Shown piece after piece: positions 58,486 through 64,000 of a stretch of 64,000 bases of DNA. The notes beneath the pieces were generated by a model. The model saw nothing but the letters and a program-made list of their open reading frames with translations. It did no database searches and was not told the origin of the DNA. This DNA comes from Poseidonia sp. (GTDB lineage Archaea > Thermoplasmatota > Poseidoniia > Poseidoniales > Poseidoniaceae), in the NCBI GenBank assembly GCA_049617635.1, contig JBMZJQ010000002.1, positions 8,558 through 72,557 on the forward strand, written 5' to 3'. Both the position numbers and the translations under genes were made by a program. Each line of letters opens with the position of its first letter. Position 1 is the stretch's first letter.

Positions 58486-60987
58486 GTGAGGCACATGCCA
58501 GCCCCAAAACTTCCCGAAAAACGATGGTCGATTGACCTCGAAAAGAGCATCCAAGAAGCCCATTACAGCGACGATGACGCTTATTCAGGCCGGTATGCAT
58601 TCAACCCAACAAGCGGCAAGGAACTGTTCGTCATCGACACACCTCCACCGTATCCATCGGGCACTTGGCACATCGGTGCGGTGGCCCAGTATTCGATGAT
58701 CGATGTCCTCGCACGAAGTCAACGGCTGCTCGGAAAGGAGGTGTATTTCCCTTGGGGTGTTGACCGAAACGGCATCAACATTGAGTTCACGGTCGAAAAA
58801 AACACCAAGCGGAAGATGAAAACCTACGACCGAGAGGAATTCCTCAATTTGTGCCGAACCACCATCGAGACCTACACACAAGCCATGCGTGACACGGCCA
58901 AGCGAGTTGGGCTTTCCTGCGACTTCTCTCGAGAGTACCTGACCGATGCACCCGATTACCGAAGCGTCACACAATCCATTTTTGTTGAACTGTTCAAGAA
59001 AGGCGACATCATCGAGGACCTACGACCCAATATCTACGACCCTGTTGAGGGAACCACCATCGCCGACGCTGAAGTGGAACGCCTGCCACGCAAAACCAAG
59101 TTGGTCGATGTTCGATGGACGTGCGAGGACGGAACCGAGTTGGTCATTTCCACCACCCGTCCCGAGATGATTTGTGCTTGCGGCGTCGTCGTCGTGCATC
59201 CTGACGATGAACGATACCGCCATCTCGTCGGCAAACGCGTTTCGCTTCCCATGCCGACGAGTGAACGTGCAGTCACCGTGGAGATTCAACAACACCCCTC
59301 GGTCAAATCCGACTTTGGTACGGGCGTGCTGATGGTCTGTTCCTTCGGTGACCAAAACGACGTGGCCGTTTTCAGAGAACTCGGATTGACGCCCTTCCAA
59401 GCCATTGACCTTGAAGGCCGAATGACCAACGTTGCCGGTCCGCTTGCCGGCCTCACCGTTCTCGAGGCCCGGGCAAAGGCCATTGAGATGCTGGAAGCAT
59501 CTGGACAACTGCTCCAAGCCGTTGAACGTGACCAGGATATCCCCGTGTCGGAACGTGGAAAAAACCCGGTCGAGATCATCCTGCTCAAGGAATGGTATGT
59601 ACGGCAGACGCACATCCAAGACCGTATGCGTGAACATATTGAGGACATCCAATTTCATCCAGTCCGAAATCGCCAATTCTTGTTGGACTGGATGGACAAC
59701 ATCAGCATTGACTGGCCTATCAGTCGTCGACGTTGGTACCACACCGAAATCCCAATTTGGTACAGTGAAGACCAACAGCGAGTCGTCGTACCTCCAGCAG
59801 GAACCTATGTTCAACCATGGAAGGATGCACCTCCTGCCCAAAGCCGTGTTTTGGACCGAGAAACACGAGAAGATCTGGGGCCCTATGAGGACCTTCATAA
59901 CGAATTGGGCACGCTCACCGGGGAAGAGAAAGTGTTCGACACATGGATGGATTCCTCCAATTCCAATCTCTTTGTCAGCGGCTACTTAAACCATCCAGAG
60001 GTGTTTGCCAATGCCTTCCCAACAGCCCTCCGCCCGCAAGGAAAGGAAATCGTTCGGACATGGCTGTACTATACCTTGCTGAAATCCACCTTGGTTTTGG
60101 ACCAGCCCGGCTTCCAGCACGTGTGGATTGACGGGTTGGGCATGGACCCTTGGGGTCGTAAAATGAGCAAGTCACTGGGCAACGGCATTGATGCAGATTC
60201 CGTCCTCGAGTGCGGTGCTGGCGGCCGAACCGGTTCTTGGAATGTCAAGGGACCCAACGGTTCCATCAAACTCCAAGCGAACAAAATCGGCAGCGAGTGT
60301 TTCAGGTTGTGGAAGGCTTGCGATGCACAGGTTGGTGACGACTTCCAAATCAACCCGGAAGAAATTGAAAAGAAGTACTTCGGCGTGCTTACGAAATTGT
60401 TCAATGTTGCCCGGTTTGCCTCGCAATTCGATGTTCCTGAGAACCTCGATACGCCACCAGCATCCCTTTCGGCAGAGGACCGTTGGATTCTTGCAGAATT
60501 CCAATCGATGATGAACACCGTGGAGCAGGCATGGACGAACCTCGACATTTACACCGCCACGCAAGCCCTCAAGACCTTTGGAACGGGACTTCTCCCAAGC
60601 CATTACCTTGAAATGGTGAAATCACGCTTGTACGACGGAGACCAAGCCGCTTCGTGGACGCTTCATCGTGTGGTTCGGGATTTCATGGCAGCCTTCAGTC
60701 CGGTTTGTCCGTTCTTTACGCACCACATTTCCAGCACCGTTTATGGCCACTCATCCGTTGACATCGACGCCTTCCCAGTCCATCCGTTGCCATCGGTGGC
60801 CCCAGATACTGACGAAGGGCAACGCCTGTGTGGCTTATCCCACGCATTGCAGGAGTTCAACGGCGAGGTATGGGGGGCCAAGAAAGAAGCTGGTCTTTCC
60901 CTGAATCAACCGATTGAGGGCATGGTCCTGCCCGAGAGCTTAACCGAATTCAGTGAGATCCTTACTCGCATGCACCAACTTGCTTGA
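58486..60987 (+). CDS. valS: Valyl-tRNA-synthetase-like class I aaRS with atypical HIGH motif
   Basis: PPPYPSG, CP1 editing-domain TTRPEM...FGTG, DWPISRRRWYHTEIPIWY, VFDTWMDSS and KMSKS all match ValRS. HIGH reads WHIGAV (second His is Ala). Only 833 aa. Confidence 0.65.
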   Translation: MRHMPAPKLPEKRWSIDLEKSIQEAHYSDDDAYSGRYAFNPTSGKELFVIDTPPPYPSGTWHIGAVAQYSMIDVLARSQRLLGKEVYFPWGVDRNGINIEFTVEKNTKRKMKTYDREEFLNLCRTTIETYTQAMRDTAKRVGLSCDFSREYLTDAPDYRSVTQSIFVELFKKGDIIEDLRPNIYDPVEGTTIADAEVERLPRKTKLVDVRWTCEDGTELVISTTRPEMICACGVVVVHPDDERYRHLVGKRVSLPMPTSERAVTVEIQQHPSVKSDFGTGVLMVCSFGDQNDVAVFRELGLTPFQAIDLEGRMTNVAGPLAGLTVLEARAKAIEMLEASGQLLQAVERDQDIPVSERGKNPVEIILLKEWYVRQTHIQDRMREHIEDIQFHPVRNRQFLLDWMDNISIDWPISRRRWYHTEIPIWYSEDQQRVVVPPAGTYVQPWKDAPPAQSRVLDRETREDLGPYEDLHNELGTLTGEEKVFDTWMDSSNSNLFVSGYLNHPEVFANAFPTALRPQGKEIVRTWLYYTLLKSTLVLDQPGFQHVWIDGLGMDPWGRKMSKSLGNGIDADSVLECGAGGRTGSWNVKGPNGSIKLQANKIGSECFRLWKACDAQVGDDFQINPEEIEKKYFGVLTKLFNVARFASQFDVPENLDTPPASLSAEDRWILAEFQSMMNTVEQAWTNLDIYTATQALKTFGTGLLPSHYLEMVKSRLYDGDQAASWTLHRVVRDFMAAFSPVCPFFTHHISSTVYGHSSVDIDAFPVHPLPSVAPDTDEGQRLCGLSHALQEFNGEVWGAKKEAGLSLNQPIEGMVLPESLTEFSEILTRMHQLA

Positions 60988-62121
60988 TCATTCCTCTTCC
61001 ACCGTCAACGTGGTTTGCTTGGAAGGGGGAACTTCGAGTTGACCCAAGCGAAAGCCGATCAAGCGCACGTGCTTGTTGGTATCGATGTTGGTAGCGAACA
61101 AATGCTGGGCAACTCGCCTGAACACAGAGGGGTCATCCATCGCCACAGGAATGCTCCTGCTGGCCGTATGGGTCTCAAATCCAGTGTAGCGGATTTTGAC
61201 TTCGGCCAGCCTTCCAGAAACGCCCAATGACGATGCGCGTTCCATCACGGTGTCCACCAAATCCACCAGGCGCTCAAGCACCAATTCGTGGTCGCTGCGA
61301 TCACGGTCAAAGGTGTGTTCCTTCCCGATTGATTTCCGGCTTCGCAACGCGCTGATGACATCGCTGCTTTCGCCTTCAACCACCGACATGAACCATCCTG
61401 CAAAACGGGCACCGGCGAGCCTCGCAAGGGAAAGTTCTCCCAAAGCCTGCAGTTCATCAGCCGTCGTGTACCCCCATTCTGCCAACTGCGTCGCTCGTTT
61501 GGGACCAATGCCGGGAATTTCGCGAAGTGAACGGCCCTCGAAAAACGGTTTGAGTTCATCGGGCATCACCCGAAACACCCCATTTGGTTTGTTGACTTCA
61601 CTGCTCATTTTGGCAACGATGCGGGTCGGGCCGATGCCAAACGAAGCTGTCAGGTTTAGCGATTCAAAAATTTCCTGCTGGAGGGTTTTCGCAAGCGCAA
61701 GGGCCCCGTCCCAGTCACCGTTGACGGCCTCGGTCACATCGAGGTACGCCTCATCGATACTCGCTTGTTCGAACAAGTTGGCTTTTCGACGCAAACACTT
61801 CATCACACGGCGGCTTGCACGGCTGTACAATCCCCGAGTCCCGCGAATGTAGATGGCCGGACCAAAAGGCGCAGCAGGGCATCGCCTCCATGCCTCGGAA
61901 ATGGGCATTGCCGAACGGATACCGTAGGTTCTAGCCTCATAGTTGCAGGTGGAAACGATACCCCTGCCTCGTCCCTGCTTTGGGTCCGAGCCAATGATCA
62001 ACGGAACGCTGTTGTCAAACCCGTGATGGAGCACTTCAACGGCGGCGAAAAACGCGTCGAGATCGCAATGGATGATGATGCGTGAAGCGTTCACGCCAAC
62101 CTCTGCTTCTCCGCCCACCAC
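60988..62121 (-). CDS. dinB: Y-family DNA polymerase IV (DinB/Dpo4-like)
   Basis: IIHCDLDAFFAAVE and SIDEAYLDVT are present; the catalytic D, D and E residues are intact. Little-finger domain at the C-terminus. Confidence 0.85.
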   Translation of the reverse strand: MVGGEAEVGVNASRIIIHCDLDAFFAAVEVLHHGFDNSVPLIIGSDPKQGRGRGIVSTCNYEARTYGIRSAMPISEAWRRCPAAPFGPAIYIRGTRGLYSRASRRVMKCLRRKANLFEQASIDEAYLDVTEAVNGDWDGALALAKTLQQEIFESLNLTASFGIGPTRIVAKMSSEVNKPNGVFRVMPDELKPFFEGRSLREIPGIGPKRATQLAEWGYTTADELQALGELSLARLAGARFAGWFMSVVEGESSDVISALRSRKSIGKEHTFDRDRSDHELVLERLVDLVDTVMERASSLGVSGRLAEVKIRYTGFETHTASRSIPVAMDDPSVFRRVAQHLFATNIDTNKHVRLIGFRLGQLEVPPSKQTTLTVEEE

Positions 62122-62219
62122 GGAGGTTTTTCACCGTCAAGGGTGCTTGAACTTGATGCTGAATTCACTTCAAGCAAGGGGTCTGGAGAACGATAGAAGA
62201 CCTCCCAGAGCGACCGTCC

Positions 62220-63005
62220 ATGATTGAAATGCATCGACACCTGGAACCAGCCGCTCTGCACCCTGTGCTCACGCCACCTCGAAACGGCATCGATGTAGGA
62301 CTGGTTCAGCCACAACGTGGCCAATTGTACCATCTTGCCGGACCTGGTCGTGCTGGAAGCAGCATGCGCCCTGTAGCCGAGCACTGGATTGCCCGTGCCT
62401 TGGCCGAGGGCGAGGTGGTGCACTGGGTCGACGGAGCATGCAGAATCGACCCTTCTCGCTTGATTCCCGCACTCGATGCACTTGACGCTGATACGGAAGC
62501 CTGTCTTTCACGCCTTTACTTGAGTCGTGGATTTACCCTGCATCAACTCGACCGGCAGTTGGAGCGACTCCCCAAAGAATTGGCCATCACGCGCTCACCT
62601 TTGGTGGTTGTCGATGGACTGTTGGCCATGCATGAAGACGACGCTGTTCGGCGTCTTGAATCACGGGTGTTGCTCCGCCGTCACATCGGCCTTTTGCAAC
62701 ACATCACTGCCCGACTGCACCTCGCCGTCATCGTCATCACGGAACGCCATGCAACATCCTCGCATCAACAGCGACTGATACGCCACGTCCATCGAGCATC
62801 ACACAACCATTTGTACGGGCACTGGCAAGGGCCACGCCGACGACGCAACCTCCACCTTTTTCACCCAAGAAGCGGGTTGCAAGGGATTTTTGCACCTCGG
62901 TTGGACGCAGCACAGGCGCGTTTTGCCATCCCCACGCCCCTCCTCAACAACCGGAAGAGCGCTCAATTGATTGGTTCGTTGCCGCTTCATCATGAGGAGA
63001 CGTGA
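62220..63005 (+). CDS. RadB/RecA-like protein with inactivated P-loop
   Basis: Aligns along its length with archaeal RadB: LVVVDGLLAMH matches the Walker B / hhhhD region, and LHLAVIVITERH matches the RadB beta-strand region. The Walker A is GPGRAGSS: no Lys and no Thr. Confidence 0.6.
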   Translation: MIEMHRHLEPAALHPVLTPPRNGIDVGLVQPQRGQLYHLAGPGRAGSSMRPVAEHWIARALAEGEVVHWVDGACRIDPSRLIPALDALDADTEACLSRLYLSRGFTLHQLDRQLERLPKELAITRSPLVVVDGLLAMHEDDAVRRLESRVLLRRHIGLLQHITARLHLAVIVITERHATSSHQQRLIRHVHRASHNHLYGHWQGPRRRRNLHLFHPRSGLQGIFAPRLDAAQARFAIPTPLLNNRKSAQLIGSLPLHHEET

Positions 63006-64000
63006 ACTCCTCCAGGGTGGGTTGCCGCCCACCCATTCGTATCTGTTCAGTGGTCCAACCAAACGGTGCAAGGATGGCCCAAATGGCCCGCTCGGCAAGC
63101 GCACCGTAATGCGATGCACACCCCCTCATCGACGGAGGAGACGATGCAAGTTCTTCGTTCAGAAGAACACGGTTGAGAGGTTCAACCGCTGTGCTGTTGA
63201 CGACAACATAGCGTATTTTCCCACCGGGTGGCACATGATGACCTTGCTCATGGGCCCGCATCAAGGCCCCATAGGTCAAGTTCTTCACGCGATAGTCACG
63301 AAGGGTTGAGGTCACGCGGCGAGTCACGATCAAATCCTCAAGGGGCACTGTTCGCTGTTCAAGACGTTGCAGTTCGGCTTTGTAGAGGCGCCAGACCCGG
63401 CGTTGTGCATCGCTTCCTGGAAGACCGTTGTGGTCCGTCCCCGAGGCGAGCACCTCAAGCGCGCGTTCTTGCAACGAAGCGACCCACGGGGGAGTTGAAT
63501 GCTGACGCATCTCAATACCGCGAACTTTGAATGTCCCGCCCCCGTAGGCCCAATATTTTGTCAACGAACCTGCGCCATGGATGCGACTTGGCAGAAAACC
63601 GATGAAATCGTAATGCTGTTCCAATTCGAGAGGAATGCCGACCAGCCGAGAAATCCGCTCAGCGAACGAGCGTGCATCGCGTTGCTGTTCTGCGGGTGAA
63701 CGGTGCAGACGATCAGCAAGCCAAACGCAGTCAACAATGGCATGCAAGACGTCCCACCCGTCGTTTTGCGCTTCCTCGATGGTCGTCAGCAAGATGTCAC
63801 GGGACCACGCACAAATCGCTTCATGGGCTTCGATGCGACCGAACCTTGCATTGCGATAGCCGGTGTAACCGAAACACGTGACAAGAAGCCATTTGAGCGC
63901 GTTTTGACGGAGGTCAAAGGCGTCTCCCTTGACGACACGTTGTTCCTTCAGCATCCGACGACGTTCAATGATTGGCGCCACAACCCGTCCGAGGAAACCG
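62944..64000 (-). CDS. Family-B DNA polymerase paralogue, C-terminal part (gene continues beyond the window), with mutated motifs B and C
   Basis: Collinear with the PolB palm and thumb. KWLLVTCFGYTGY corresponds to Kx3NSxYG (N and S lost), and VLHAIVDCVWL corresponds to YADTDG (first Asp lost). Downstream thumb similarity: LRDYRVKN and IRYVVV. No stop before the window edge. Confidence 0.7.
   Translation of the reverse strand, partial: GFLGRVVAPIIERRRMLKEQRVVKGDAFDLRQNALKWLLVTCFGYTGYRNARFGRIEAHEAICAWSRDILLTTIEEAQNDGWDVLHAIVDCVWLADRLHRSPAEQQRDARSFAERISRLVGIPLELEQHYDFIGFLPSRIHGAGSLTKYWAYGGGTFKVRGIEMRQHSTPPWVASLQERALEVLASGTDHNGLPGSDAQRRVWRLYKAELQRLEQRTVPLEDLIVTRRVTSTLRDYRVKNLTYGALMRAHEQGHHVPPGGKIRYVVVNSTAVEPLNRVLLNEELASSPPSMRGCASHYGALAERAIWAILAPFGWTTEQIRMGGRQPTLEEFTSPHDEAATNQSIERSSGC

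Overview
This is a moderately GC-rich chromosomal segment that is clearly archaeal. It carries an r-protein operon (S19e, a PDCD5-like DNA-binding protein, L39e, L31e, S17e), a two-domain tRNA-splicing endonuclease, an archease and a 7S/SRP RNA. The gene content suggests a euryarchaeote with many bacterial-type genes (PntAB transhydrogenase, class-2 DHODH, an M6 metalloprotease, CcmE). It may be an uncultivated marine Thermoplasmatota/Poseidoniales-like lineage, but that is inference only. About 55 genes are tightly packed on both strands.

Main blocks:
- A preQ0 (archaeosine precursor) operon FolE-QueE-QueC-QueD, headed by a translationally coupled ribbon-helix-helix gene. Its QueC has lost its zinc cysteines and is fused to an MsrB domain.
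- The ribosomal-protein operon.
- A giant (1174 aa) cell-surface glycoprotein-like gene, followed by a small hydrophobic peptide ORF and a PqqD-like protein.
- Redox and Fe-S housekeeping genes (FMN reductase, IscA, YgfZ, MDH, PntAAB).
- TatC with a long C-terminal extension, next to an M6 metalloprotease.
- An RNA-processing neighbourhood (EndA, wHTH/TerB-like regulator, PfkB kinase, archease, SRP RNA).
- DHODH, topoisomerase III and geranylgeranyl reductase.
- A surface-protein island with two roughly 1000-aa thrombospondin-type-3 (Ca-binding) repeat proteins and a PKD-like protein.
- SHMT, a 998-aa polytopic membrane protein, an aminotransferase, an EVE-domain protein, an RND/MMPL exporter and a divergent ValRS.

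The most striking feature is at the 3' end. An intact Y-family polymerase (DinB) sits beside a RadB/RecA-like gene with a destroyed P-loop and a family-B DNA polymerase whose catalytic motifs B and C are mutated. This looks like an archaeal counterpart of the bacterial ImuA-ImuB-DnaE2 mutasome.

Many long ORFs antisense to real genes are GC-content artefacts and were rejected. No CRISPR arrays, rRNA genes or obvious transposases were seen.
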